Positions 9,323-17,890 of a DNA stretch of 53,550 nucleotides are shown piece after piece. The notes under the pieces are model-generated. The model searched no databases and had not been told where the DNA came from. It saw only the letters and a program-made list of their open reading frames with translations. The number at the start of each line of letters is the position of its first letter. Within the stretch, counting starts at the first letter, position 1. The stretch comes from a virus. The position numbers and the translations under genes are program-made. The stretch lies in the IMG/VR virus record IMGVR_UViG_3300035542_000019; one strand, 5' to 3'.

Positions 9323-10424
9323 ACCTACATTTACGCCGGTTTTCGAGGAATCGGAAGCGGCGATTAAAGAACGTATGCTAAACAGGGTAAGCGACGACTG
9401 GCGAAAAGAGCCTGGCGACTTTATCCACGACGCGGTAGCCCCCAGCCCTTTAGAGGTTAAGCAGCTACAGGTTAACCAGGATAACGTCCTTAAGCAGGGC
9501 TTCGCGCTTTATGCCGAGGACGACTACCTGGACCGAAAGCTGGAAGAAGTAGGACTTACAAGGGGACAGGCTACAGCAAATAAAAGGGCGCTAAGCGTGA
9601 CGGCGGACGCCGGCGTAACCCTTCCTATGGGCCATACCCTTAGTACGGTGGTCCTTGACGAAGAAGGTAACCCACTAGAGTACACGGTAGACGCTGCGGT
9701 AACCTTCGCAGCTGCTGGTACGGAAACGGTTAACGTGACCTGTACCACGGCCGGAGAAGTTGGAAACGTGACGACGGGCAGCCAATTCATCCTAAGCCCG
9801 GCGATACCCGGGGTACGGACCATCGTAGACCAGGGGACGACGATACCGGGGGCCGATAAGGAAACCGACGAAAGCGCATGGACCCGCTACGACTTCAAGG
9901 TAAAGAACCCGGATACCGGCGGCAATAAAAACGATTACGTAAGATGGGCCGGGGAAGTCGAAGGCGTGGGTAAAGCGAAATGCGTACCACGCTGGGACGG
10001 TAACGGCACGGTAAAAGTCGTCGTCGTGGATACGACCTACCAGCCGGCCAGTACGGTACTGGTGGACGAAGTACAGGAATACCTGGACCCTGGCAGCACG
10101 GGCCTAGGTGACGGTAAGGCGCCCTGCGGCGCACGGGTAACCGTGGTAGCAGCTACGGCCCTTAACGTGGATATAACGGCGACGGTGACCTACGCCACGG
10201 GTTACGACCCAGCGACGGTTAAGGCCGCTTTTGAAGCAGCTGTAGACGACTACCTGGAAGGCCTGGTATTTACCGAGTACGACGTAGTGTATAACCGAAT
10301 CGGTGCGCTTTTATCCTTCACCGAGGGCGTGAGTAACTACAGCGGTCTAACGGTTAACGGTGGCAGCGCGGACCTACCGGTAGGCGACGAGGAAGTAGCG
10401 GTACTGGGGGTGGTTAGCGTATGA
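9315..10424 (+). CDS. Baseplate J-like protein (XkdT position)
   Basis: 369 aa overlapping both neighbours. Size and order typical of baseplate J / P2 gpJ-type proteins. Confidence 0.6.
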   Translation: MARPTFTPVFEESEAAIKERMLNRVSDDWRKEPGDFIHDAVAPSPLEVKQLQVNQDNVLKQGFALYAEDDYLDRKLEEVGLTRGQATANKRALSVTADAGVTLPMGHTLSTVVLDEEGNPLEYTVDAAVTFAAAGTETVNVTCTTAGEVGNVTTGSQFILSPAIPGVRTIVDQGTTIPGADKETDESAWTRYDFKVKNPDTGGNKNDYVRWAGEVEGVGKAKCVPRWDGNGTVKVVVVDTTYQPASTVLVDEVQEYLDPGSTGLGDGKAPCGARVTVVAATALNVDITATVTYATGYDPATVKAAFEAAVDDYLEGLVFTEYDVVYNRIGALLSFTEGVSNYSGLTVNGGSADLPVGDEEVAVLGVVSV

Positions 10425-10975
10425 CCCTAACCGTAGATAGAATGGTAGACAGCGCCCCGGGGTACTATCAGTACAGTAACATTTACCGGGCCATTCAACA
10501 GGCCCAGGGCGACGAGTACGACGACGTGGAAGCGAAAAACGAGGACCTAAGGGCGCAGCTGTATATCACGACGGCGACCTGGGGCCTTAAATACTGGGAA
10601 GAAACCCTGGGAATCGCGACGGTCGAATCGGACAGCTACGAGATTAGAAGAAGCCGCGTACTAAGCAGCTGGCGGGGCTATGGACAGTTTAGCGCGTCGC
10701 TGCTTAAGTCTATCGCGGAAGCCTACGTAAACGGCGAGGTAGACGTAACGGTAGACGTGGCGGCCTACGAAATAACGATACGCTTTATTAGCGATATCGG
10801 AGTACCGCCGAACCTATGGGACCTTAAGGCGGTCGTCGAGAACATCGTACACGCCCATATGGGAACGCAGTATAAACTAAGGTATCTAACGATAGCGGAA
10901 GTCGAAGCCCTTACCCTGGACGAAGTACAGGCCAGGCAGCTTACCGACTTTTCGCCGTTTATACCGATTCAATAA
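10421..10975 (+). CDS. Baseplate/tail-fibre attachment protein, P2 gpI-like (XkdU position)
   Basis: 184 aa. TATWGLKYWEETLGI ... EIRRSRVLS resembles the DUF2313/gpI family pattern. Confidence 0.6.
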   Translation: MTLTVDRMVDSAPGYYQYSNIYRAIQQAQGDEYDDVEAKNEDLRAQLYITTATWGLKYWEETLGIATVESDSYEIRRSRVLSSWRGYGQFSASLLKSIAEAYVNGEVDVTVDVAAYEITIRFISDIGVPPNLWDLKAVVENIVHAHMGTQYKLRYLTIAEVEALTLDEVQARQLTDFSPFIPIQ

Positions 10976-10990
10976 AGGGGGTAATTAGAA

Positions 10991-12805
10991 ATGCCAAAGA
11001 CGACGCCATATTTAGGGCTTCCGATGAAGGACCCGACGACGGACGGTAACGACTACTTCGACGTAGAAGGACAGATAAACGACCCGCTGGAAATGCTGGA
11101 CCAATACGCCGAAGCTACCGACCAGGACTTAACAGCTAAGGGTCAAACTTTAGCGGGCCACGAAACCCGAATAGGGGAAGCGGAAGCCGATATAGTAAAC
11201 CACGAAGGCCGCGTAACGCGCTTAGAAAACAGCTTCGCCGCTGACCTAGAAGCGTACTACGGGAATACGAAGCTTATAGACGACTTCCAGGACTTAACCA
11301 GCTGGAACGGTACCGTAGTAGGGGAAAAGACCGCAGATACGTCTAACGTAAAGATAGGTAAGCAAAGTATAAAACTGGTAGAACATGACGGCAGCGCTAA
11401 CTCTAATTACATGGTAAAAAATAATATAACCCTAGACCTTACTAAGCTTAACAACGGCGAAGTAAGTACGGGCGACGATTACGTACTTATGGTTATGTAT
11501 GTAAGCGACGTAAACGCTATAAACTTCGCAGGGTCCGCGGTAGAATTTAGCTTCGGGGCCGACGACACATTTAGCCAAAATAACCGCGCGCTTTTCAGAT
11601 TTGAACAGGGCGACCTAGTAACTGGCTGGAACTTCATAAAGCGTAAGAAAAGTAGCGCTATCCTTCTAAATACGGGTAACTGGGCTAGTATTAAGTCTTT
11701 ACAGTTATTATGGGCCAGTAACGGCGGCTACCAGGGCGCTTATATATCAATGCAATTAGTACAGCTAGTAAAAAAGGACCCGCTGGAAGCTAAGCCTAAC
11801 CCCTTCCAAAAGAACGGGGTAAGGGACTTCGAAATATCTTCCACTATAGCCGAATGGTACGTAGGTAAGGAATTCGGGGAAATTATATGTAGAGAACTTC
11901 GAAACGCCACTATATACCCTACGGCTTTACTGGGTACTAAAACATACAAAGACAACTTTAAAGCTTATTTTAAAGCTAAAGTAATGCGGGCAGCAGGGGG
12001 CAGAACCAATTATCATGGGGTATACAAAGACAATCAAAACTTTTTAATAACGTCTATATACGACAGTAAACTTAGGTTAGGAGGGGAATTAAACGACGTC
12101 ATTTTTACCATTGAAGGGCCTACGTTGTCGGTACCAGTAGGTACGATTGTAGAATTCTACCTGGAACTGGTAGAGGGGCTACCTAACGTAACCGCCTACT
12201 TAAATGGGGACTACGCGAACCCTGTACAGCTTGTCGCTAAGGACAAAGACTATAGCGGTATAGACTTAAAATTAAACGTAAATATCTTAAGTAGTGATAC
12301 CAGTAATGTTATGGCGGCGTCCATAACCGAAATAGGCCACGCCCACCACGCCGCTATAGCTGACGTAGCTAAAAGCCTGGTAGAGCAGCCAGCAGCTAGG
12401 GTATACAATAACGTAGACCAATCCGTAGCTAGTGGCGTAGACACAGCCTTAGTATTTAACAGTATATCAGTAGATAACAGGGCGCACTTTGACCCCGAAA
12501 ACCCCTCTTACCTTACGGTTAGGGAAGCGGGTATATATCTTATAAGCGCTAGTGTAGGCGCAACTAACCCGAATGTAACGGGCTTTAGAAGCGCCTTTAT
12601 AACCGTAGGGGCGTTAGCTTTAGGTATAGACAGGAAATTACCCACAGAAGCAGGACAGAATAATTACTTTGTATTTTCCACAGTAGCTAAGCTAAAGGTA
12701 GGGGATAAAATCTACTTAAAATTTAGCCACACAGCGGGCGTTAGTATAACTATACCGAGGTATGGAAGTTTTTCACCCGAACTAAGCATAGCTAAAATAG
12801 GCTAG
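10991..12805 (+). CDS. Tail fibre / receptor-binding protein with C-terminal C1q/TNF-like head
   Basis: 604 aa after the baseplate genes. The last ~138 aa (ALVFNSISVDNRAHFDP...GIYLISASV...KLKVGDKIYLKF...) follow the C1q jelly-roll pattern. Confidence 0.7.
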   Translation: MPKTTPYLGLPMKDPTTDGNDYFDVEGQINDPLEMLDQYAEATDQDLTAKGQTLAGHETRIGEAEADIVNHEGRVTRLENSFAADLEAYYGNTKLIDDFQDLTSWNGTVVGEKTADTSNVKIGKQSIKLVEHDGSANSNYMVKNNITLDLTKLNNGEVSTGDDYVLMVMYVSDVNAINFAGSAVEFSFGADDTFSQNNRALFRFEQGDLVTGWNFIKRKKSSAILLNTGNWASIKSLQLLWASNGGYQGAYISMQLVQLVKKDPLEAKPNPFQKNGVRDFEISSTIAEWYVGKEFGEIICRELRNATIYPTALLGTKTYKDNFKAYFKAKVMRAAGGRTNYHGVYKDNQNFLITSIYDSKLRLGGELNDVIFTIEGPTLSVPVGTIVEFYLELVEGLPNVTAYLNGDYANPVQLVAKDKDYSGIDLKLNVNILSSDTSNVMAASITEIGHAHHAAIADVAKSLVEQPAARVYNNVDQSVASGVDTALVFNSISVDNRAHFDPENPSYLTVREAGIYLISASVGATNPNVTGFRSAFITVGALALGIDRKLPTEAGQNNYFVFSTVAKLKVGDKIYLKFSHTAGVSITIPRYGSFSPELSIAKIG

Positions 12806-12820
12806 AAAGGGGGTAAAGAT

Positions 12821-13366
12821 ATGCTAAGACTTGAATATACAGGACTTAATACTGGTAAATTCCACGACGAAATTATAGCCGCTGGTATAAGCCATACGGC
12901 TGTACTAAGTGAAAACGGTGCGACCTACTTACTATTCCAGGGCCTACGGGAAGTAAAAACCCCCGTACTGGACGACCAGGAAGAAGTAATAGGGTACGAC
13001 GTAACCTACGAAAAGCGGACCGAAGTAAGAACTACGGACCCCGAAACCCAGGAAGAAGTAGTAACGGAAACCTGGGAACCATACGACGGGGAAGCGCTTA
13101 AGGCTTCCATACAGGCGGTAGTAGACGTACACGACCCGACGCCGCTACCCGTACCGCCGACGACGGAAGAACGGGTAGAAAACCTGGAAATGGATAACCT
13201 AACCGCGCTGGAAGGCGTGGCCCTGGTCTACGAAGAAAACCTGGCCCTTAAGAGTGAGAACGAGGACCTAAAGGCCCAGGTAGCGCAGGCCGAAGCCGAT
13301 AACCTAACCGCGCTGGAAGGTATCGCGACACTTTACGAGGAACTACTAACGAAAGGGGTAATCTAA
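12821..13366 (+). CDS. Tail-fibre-associated protein (XkdW position) with internal 35-aa repeat
   Basis: 181 aa with SD gaaaggggg. DNLTALEG(V/I)A(L/T)(V/L)YEE occurs twice. Confidence 0.4.
   Translation: MLRLEYTGLNTGKFHDEIIAAGISHTAVLSENGATYLLFQGLREVKTPVLDDQEEVIGYDVTYEKRTEVRTTDPETQEEVVTETWEPYDGEALKASIQAVVDVHDPTPLPVPPTTEERVENLEMDNLTALEGVALVYEENLALKSENEDLKAQVAQAEADNLTALEGIATLYEELLTKGVI
13193..13215 (+). repeat. 23-nt exact direct repeat, copy 1 (gataacctaaccgcgctggaagg)
   Basis: Identical 23-mer recurs at 13298-13320, 105 nt (35 codons) downstream in the same frame. Confidence 0.9.
13298..13320 (+). repeat. 23-nt exact direct repeat, copy 2
   Basis: Identical to 13193-13215. Confidence 0.9.
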
Positions 13367-13367
13367 T

Positions 13368-13481
13368 ATGGCCGCTGTATACTACAAGCTAATCAAGGCA
13401 GGCGCGCGTACCATCGACCAGGTACCGCAGCACCTACAGGCGGACGTACAGGCTTTACTTGACGCCGACGCCACCGAGTAG
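13368..13481 (+). CDS. Small protein, paralogue 1 (37 aa, MAAVYYKLIKAGARTIDQVPQHLQADVQALLDADATE)
   Basis: Not in the ORF track (<60 aa). SD gaaagggg 8 nt upstream. Shares VY..LI..G.RT.DQVP..L...V with the next ORF. Confidence 0.5.
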   Translation: MAAVYYKLIKAGARTIDQVPQHLQADVQALLDADATE

Positions 13482-13555
13482 ATAAAGGGGGGCTTATTAT
13501 GGGGCTTTTGGCCCGAATAAGGTTACTTTTCGAAATATTGAAAGGGGGTGAAATC

Positions 13556-13687
13556 ATGGTAGACGTATACGTAGCGCTAATCGTTAGAGGACGAAGAACG
13601 CTAGACCAGGTACCGGAAGGGCTTAGACCGGCGGTAGAAGCGGAACTTACAGCCCTGGGGCTTGACGGTAACGGGCAGCCTTTGTAA
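13556..13687 (+). CDS. Small protein, paralogue 2 (43 aa, MVDVYVALIVRGRRTLDQVPEGLRPAVEAELTALGLDGNGQPL)
   Basis: Internal ATG of track ORF 13499..13687 with SD aaagggggt 6 nt upstream. Paralogous to 13368-13481. Confidence 0.5.
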   Translation: MVDVYVALIVRGRRTLDQVPEGLRPAVEAELTALGLDGNGQPL

Positions 13688-13703
13688 AGGACGACAGTAA
13701 CGA

Positions 13704-13728
13704 GGGGGCGGCGGTGGCTGCCCCTTTT
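13704..13728 (+). terminator. Rho-independent terminator after the tail-fibre block
   Basis: GGGGGC ... GCCCC hairpin followed by tttt. Confidence 0.5.
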
Positions 13729-13758
13729 ATCATGCACGCGAAGGAAAGGGGGCTTAAC

Positions 13759-14160
13759 ATGGCGGGCGATAGAGCGGACGATATGATAAGGGAAGAAGAT
13801 AAGGGCGCCTGTACGGACCTTAAAAAGCTAATCGTCGAGGTAAGACACCACGGCGAAAGGCTTAATAAAGTGGAAGCTATCACGGACAGACAGGAAAAGG
13901 ACTTAACGCAGCTTAAGACGAACCACGCGGAAACGCGGGTATATGTTAAGCAGATACTGGACAGTATCGACAAGCTGGAAAATAAAATCTTTTCCTACGT
14001 GTCGCAGTTAGCAGCTGCCCAGGAAAAAGACGACCAGGAAGAACGAAAAGAGCGTACACAGACAGCCGAACAGTGGATAGACCTACTTAAGTACGTACTG
14101 GGCGGTACGATTATCGCTATCGTGGCGTACCTATTCGGCAGCGGACAGGTGCCGGGATAA
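13759..14160 (+). CDS. XhlA-like membrane-anchored lysis-associated protein
   Basis: ATG with SD aaaggggg. The track start at 13714 is a GTG inside the terminator hairpin. Coiled coil plus a single C-terminal TM ([19 protein letters not shown]), immediately upstream of the endolysin. Confidence 0.5.
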   Translation: MAGDRADDMIREEDKGACTDLKKLIVEVRHHGERLNKVEAITDRQEKDLTQLKTNHAETRVYVKQILDSIDKLENKIFSYVSQLAAAQEKDDQEERKERTQTAEQWIDLLKYVLGGTIIAIVAYLFGSGQVPG

Positions 14161-14176
14161 GAAAGGGGGTAACACT

Positions 14177-15745
14177 ATGGACCTAGAAAAACTACTGGGC
14201 TTCGTGCCTACGATTATCGTAAACGACGGCCACGGGTATAACCCGGAAACCGGCAAGGCCACAGCTGGAAAGAGGACGCCGGCTATGCCTGGGACCGGTA
14301 GGCCGATATACGAAAACCAGTTTAACAAGGCAGCGGCCGACAAATTCGAAAAACGGGCCAAGGCGGCAGGTTTTAACGTCGTCCAAGCTGCACCGGAATA
14401 CGACGACGTACCGCTTAAAGAGCGCAGCAGACGGGCGAACGCGGTATACGCAGACCTTAAGAATAAGTACCCGAAGGTGGAACCTAGAAAGTTATGTATC
14501 TACGTAGCTTTTCACTATAACGCCTACGACGGGCGCTTTAACACGAATAAGGGCGGCGTAAGCGTTCACTACCACCCTGGAAGCGTAGAGGGCGAAAGGC
14601 TAGCCGCTGCGGTACTGAACCAGCTTATCAAGGGGACCCCACAGAGAAACCGGGGGGTAATCGCGTCAAACTTCCACGAGGTACGGGAAACCTATATGCC
14701 GGCTATCTTAATCGAAGCGGGCTTTATGGACGTACTGGAAGAAGCTACCCTTATGCTTAACGACGCCTTCCAGGACGAGGTAGTAGAAGAAACCCTGGCG
14801 GGCTGCCTGGACTATTACGACCTGGAAGGGTACCAGGATACGGCCCAGGACGACCAGCAGACGACTTACACGGTTAAGGCAGGCGATACCCTGGGTAAGA
14901 TTGCAAAAGCCTACAGCACGACGGTAGACGCCCTGGTAAGGCTAAACGGTATCAAGGACCCGAATATTATTAGGGTCGGCCAGGTAATCAAGCTTACCGA
15001 GGAAAAGGAACCCGAGGTAATGGGTACGCCGCTTATGGGACCGGCCACGGCGACGACGGACCAGGCCAGGGCCTGGGTCGAAGGGGTCTTTAAAAAGAAC
15101 GGCTGGAAGAACGACGAAAAGCTGGAAAGCCTTAAGGACCTGGCGAAAGTCTACTGGGACGTATGGCCGAAAATCGGACTTAACCCGGCTATCGGCTTCG
15201 TGCAGATGGTACACGAAACAGGGTACCTATACATGATTAAAAGCGCCGCGGGTATCGACGAAAGCTATAAGAACCCCTGCGGGCTTAAGGTGACCCAGGG
15301 CGGCGGTGACTACGTGGCAAGCGCCCATAAGCGCTTTAGCAGTTGGGAAGAAGGGGTAACAGCCCACGGCGACCATGCAGCGCTTTACGCAGGCGCGCCA
15401 GGCTACCCCAAAGCGGATACCCCGGACCCTAGACACTTCCCGTATATCAAGGGTAAGGCCCCTACGGTGGAAGCCCTGGGCGGACGCTGGGCGCCGTCTA
15501 AAGAGTACGGTAACAAGCTGGTAAGGACCCTAAAGACGCTGGAAGCTGCGAAGCCTACAGCGGTGGAAGAACCGGCAGACGAAACCGCGGGCCTAAGGGC
15601 GCGCATTAAACAGCTGGAAGCTGACCTGGATAGAATGAGCGGCCGCGCGGTCGTCGCAGAACGCCAGGCCCAGGCGGAACGCGAAAAGTACCTTAAGTAC
15701 GAAAAGGTATTTAAGGATATCAAAACACTACTGGGGGGTATGTAA
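14177..15745 (+). CDS. Multidomain endolysin: amidase_3 + LysM + glucosaminidase-like domain + coiled-coil tail
   Basis: [12 protein letters not shown]...HYNAYDG...ILIEAGFMD (MurNAc-LAA type). LysM is [55 protein letters not shown] is glucosaminidase-like. The C-terminus is heptad-rich. Confidence 0.85.
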   Translation: MDLEKLLGFVPTIIVNDGHGYNPETGKATAGKRTPAMPGTGRPIYENQFNKAAADKFEKRAKAAGFNVVQAAPEYDDVPLKERSRRANAVYADLKNKYPKVEPRKLCIYVAFHYNAYDGRFNTNKGGVSVHYHPGSVEGERLAAAVLNQLIKGTPQRNRGVIASNFHEVRETYMPAILIEAGFMDVLEEATLMLNDAFQDEVVEETLAGCLDYYDLEGYQDTAQDDQQTTYTVKAGDTLGKIAKAYSTTVDALVRLNGIKDPNIIRVGQVIKLTEEKEPEVMGTPLMGPATATTDQARAWVEGVFKKNGWKNDEKLESLKDLAKVYWDVWPKIGLNPAIGFVQMVHETGYLYMIKSAAGIDESYKNPCGLKVTQGGGDYVASAHKRFSSWEEGVTAHGDHAALYAGAPGYPKADTPDPRHFPYIKGKAPTVEALGGRWAPSKEYGNKLVRTLKTLEAAKPTAVEEPADETAGLRARIKQLEADLDRMSGRAVVAERQAQAEREKYLKYEKVFKDIKTLLGGM

Positions 15746-15748
15746 ACT

Positions 15749-16111
15749 ATGACGATTCTAACGCTACTTACAGAATGGCTTAAAATCTACTGGGGCGACG
15801 TACTTTTAATCGTGGCCTTCCTGGCCCTATGCGCGTATCTTTTGAAGCGCGGCAAGGTGGAAACGGTTAAGCGAATGGTCTACTACTTCGTCGTCCAGGC
15901 GGAAAAACAGCTGGGAAGCAAGACTGGCCCGCTTAAGTACGCCATGGTCGTAGCAGCGGTATACGACAAGCTACCAAGGCTTCTACGGTTCCTTTACACG
16001 CAAAAGGATATTGATAGGTTTATCGACGACGCGGTGCAGCAGCTAAAAGAATACCTAGAGAAAACCGGCGCGAACCTACTAGCATACAGCGAGGAAATGA
16101 AGCAGCCATAA
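15749..16111 (+). CDS. Holin candidate (LL-H-like architecture)
   Basis: 120 aa. One N-terminal TM (VLLIVAFLALCAYLL) followed by an amphipathic region. Sits 3 nt after the endolysin stop. Confidence 0.55.
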   Translation: MTILTLLTEWLKIYWGDVLLIVAFLALCAYLLKRGKVETVKRMVYYFVVQAEKQLGSKTGPLKYAMVVAAVYDKLPRLLRFLYTQKDIDRFIDDAVQQLKEYLEKTGANLLAYSEEMKQP

Positions 16112-16119
16112 CGACAAGA

Positions 16120-16152
16120 CCCCCGGCTATGAAAAGCTGGGGGTTATTTTTT
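16120..16152 (+). terminator. Rho-independent terminator ending the lysis cassette
   Basis: cccccggct / agctggggg stem (one G-U) with a 6-nt loop, followed by ttatttttt. Confidence 0.75.
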
Positions 16153-16201
16153 CGTATTCGGGTACATATACTAACAACAAACGAAGAAAGGGGTAATCAG
16201 T

Positions 16202-16576
16202 ATGTTAAGTGTAACGGTAGAACTGGTAGCAGGCTTCGGGAAGATAAGGGGCAAGGAAATAACCTTCTACAAGGGCAAGCAGCCCGGCGGCGTTCTTTTC
16301 CATATCCCGCTAAGGTATAAGAAGGAACACCAGGTAACAGGCGTCACGTGGGACGAGAGGACAGAAAGAAGCGCAGGCAAGGCAGCAGCCGGGGCTATAG
16401 TAGGCGGGGCGCTTACCGGCGGCCTGGGCCTGGTAGCCGGTACAGCTGTAGGCGGAAGAAAGCGCGACAAGTCTACAGCGGTTATAAGTTTCCTGGACGA
16501 AAAGGGCGAGGAAAGGCAGCTTATGGTACGCTGCGACGCGAAGAAATTCGAAGGCCTTACCAGGTACATAACCTAA
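16202..16576 (+). CDS. Hypothetical glycine-zipper membrane protein (moron-like, between two terminators)
   Basis: 124 aa with SD gaaagggg. Central GAIVGGALTGGLGLVAGTAVGG segment flanked by charged soluble halves. Confidence 0.6.
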   Translation: MLSVTVELVAGFGKIRGKEITFYKGKQPGGVLFHIPLRYKKEHQVTGVTWDERTERSAGKAAAGAIVGGALTGGLGLVAGTAVGGRKRDKSTAVISFLDEKGEERQLMVRCDAKKFEGLTRYIT

Positions 16577-16610
16577 AACCTTCCAGCCTTAAAACATTAA
16601 AAAATAAGAC

Positions 16611-16632
16611 TATATAGTATATATACTATATA
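16611..16632. repeat. Perfect 22-bp palindrome tatatagtatatatactatata
   Basis: The sequence equals its own reverse complement. Lies at the start of the A/T-only core. Confidence 0.9.
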
Positions 16633-16755
16633 TTATAAATACTACTAACTATATATATTATGTATATTATATTTATAGTATTTATTATTATATATAGTAT
16701 ATTATTTAGTAGTTAAAGAAATTAAAAATAATATATAGTGCTTTTGATTCTTTAT

Positions 16756-16830
16756 GGGGGTACTTTTCTTCTGATTTACTGCTGTAGTAAGTCTTTAGAA
16801 AATTACCCCCCTCTAATTTTTTTGATTTTA
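16756..16830 (+). terminator. Long hairpin plus T-tract inside element A (putative strong terminator)
   Basis: GGGGGTACTTTTCT (16756-16769) pairs with AGAAAATTACCCCC (16797-16810) in 13 of 14 positions, followed by ctctaatttttttgatttt. Confidence 0.55.
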
Positions 16831-16882
16831 TATATTTTTTCTACCGCTGGGATACTGTAAAGAAATACATAATAAAAAAGTC

Positions 16883-16911
16883 TTTACTTCTTTACTTAAT
16901 AGCCTTATAAT
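16883..16911 (+). promoter_or_regulatory. SigA-type promoter candidate for the early orphan gene cluster
   Basis: TTTACT (16883-16888), 17-nt spacer, TATAAT (16906-16911), 44 nt upstream of the ATG at 16955. Confidence 0.5.
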
Positions 16912-16954
16912 AAGGGAAACGGCACCCCACAAATTTACGAAAGGCGGTAAGACC

Positions 16955-17890
16955 ATGGAAAAGAGTATCAAGGAAATGATTAAGGAATCGAAAGAGCGCG
17001 ACGCAAAACGAGTAAAGCAGCTGCACGAAAAGATTAAAGCGGAATTCCCAGGGCTGGAAATCGAGAACCTAAAGACGGGCGGCAGCCTGTACGGCGAGTA
17101 CATCGTATACCTAAACGAGCGCGAATGTATTAAAGTGGATAGCTTCATGGTTTACGAAAGCACAACGGACCTAGGCTTTAACATCGAGTACGCCGAGGAA
17201 CGCGGCGAGCAGTACGAGGTAGTCGAAACGAAGAACTATATATACGTGATAGAAAGCTGCTTCGACTGGCAAGTATGGATTAGAAAATTTTTCAAAGGCA
17301 CAGGCAAGCGCGTAAAAGGCACGCAGATAAGCCGCAAGGTTTACACGACAGGTAAGGGCAGCTATATTAACATGGAAGGTAAACGCCACTACGTAAGCTT
17401 CTTAAACACCGACGACGTGGCCGAGAGTGAGCCGGCCCCCGAGCGTAAGCGGGAAAAACTATATCGCGGCGACGAAGGCTTTTACCAGGCTGTAGAAGCA
17501 GCAAAGGCGGGGAAGAAACTTTATACCAAGGGCTGGCCCGCTTGCGAGTATACCGAAGTCGCCTACTATTCGGACGGCTATAAGTACATCGTTACCAATA
17601 ACGACGACCTGGGTGTATTTAGTACGGTGGAGAAGATACCGGCGGATATCGTAAAGGCCATGGTATCCCAGGATAGCACTGTGCTAGAAGGTGAGTTTTT
17701 CGGTCACGTGGAAAGCGTGATAGGGCCGGACGGTATTACCCGGTACGATATCGACGCCTTTATCGTCTACCAGGACAATAACCTAACCATAAGGACAGGC
17801 GGCGAAGTGGTAACGGCCTGCGAAATCGAGGACGGCATGGTAACCGTATGGGAAACCTTAGACTACGAAGAAGAAAAGGGGGCGCTTTAA
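16955..17890 (+). CDS. Hypothetical early protein (311 aa)
   Basis: First ORF after element A and the promoter candidate. No motif recognised. Confidence 0.65.
   Translation: MEKSIKEMIKESKERDAKRVKQLHEKIKAEFPGLEIENLKTGGSLYGEYIVYLNERECIKVDSFMVYESTTDLGFNIEYAEERGEQYEVVETKNYIYVIESCFDWQVWIRKFFKGTGKRVKGTQISRKVYTTGKGSYINMEGKRHYVSFLNTDDVAESEPAPERKREKLYRGDEGFYQAVEAAKAGKKLYTKGWPACEYTEVAYYSDGYKYIVTNNDDLGVFSTVEKIPADIVKAMVSQDSTVLEGEFFGHVESVIGPDGITRYDIDAFIVYQDNNLTIRTGGEVVTACEIEDGMVTVWETLDYEEEKGAL

Larger units (their letters stand above)
16581..16841. repeat. AT-rich boundary element, copy A (homologous to 43131-43405)
   Basis: Shares ordered blocks with copy B: ttccagc, tatatactatat, atatagtatttattattatatata, aaaattacccccctctaa, ttttatatattttttc. 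The core is almost pure A/T in a genome with far more G/C. Confidence 0.85.

Noticed and set aside
13499-13758. Longer track starts at 13499, 13714, 18496, 19675 and 50558
   Set aside because: In each case an internal ATG has the genome-typical AAGGGGG SD at the right distance. The extension overlaps an upstream gene or a terminator hairpin.
16129-16617. Plus-strand ORFs 16129..16320 and 16348..16617 overlapping the 16202..16576 gene
   Set aside because: They are alternative frames of the same stretch with Arg/Gly-rich nonsense composition and no SD. The 16202 frame has the SD and a coherent membrane-protein sequence.
16611-16740. AT-rich repeats as a CRISPR array or a tandem satellite
   Set aside because: There are no regularly spaced identical repeats with unique spacers. 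The units are short, irregular TATA-type palindromes, and the two loci are homologous to each other as whole elements.
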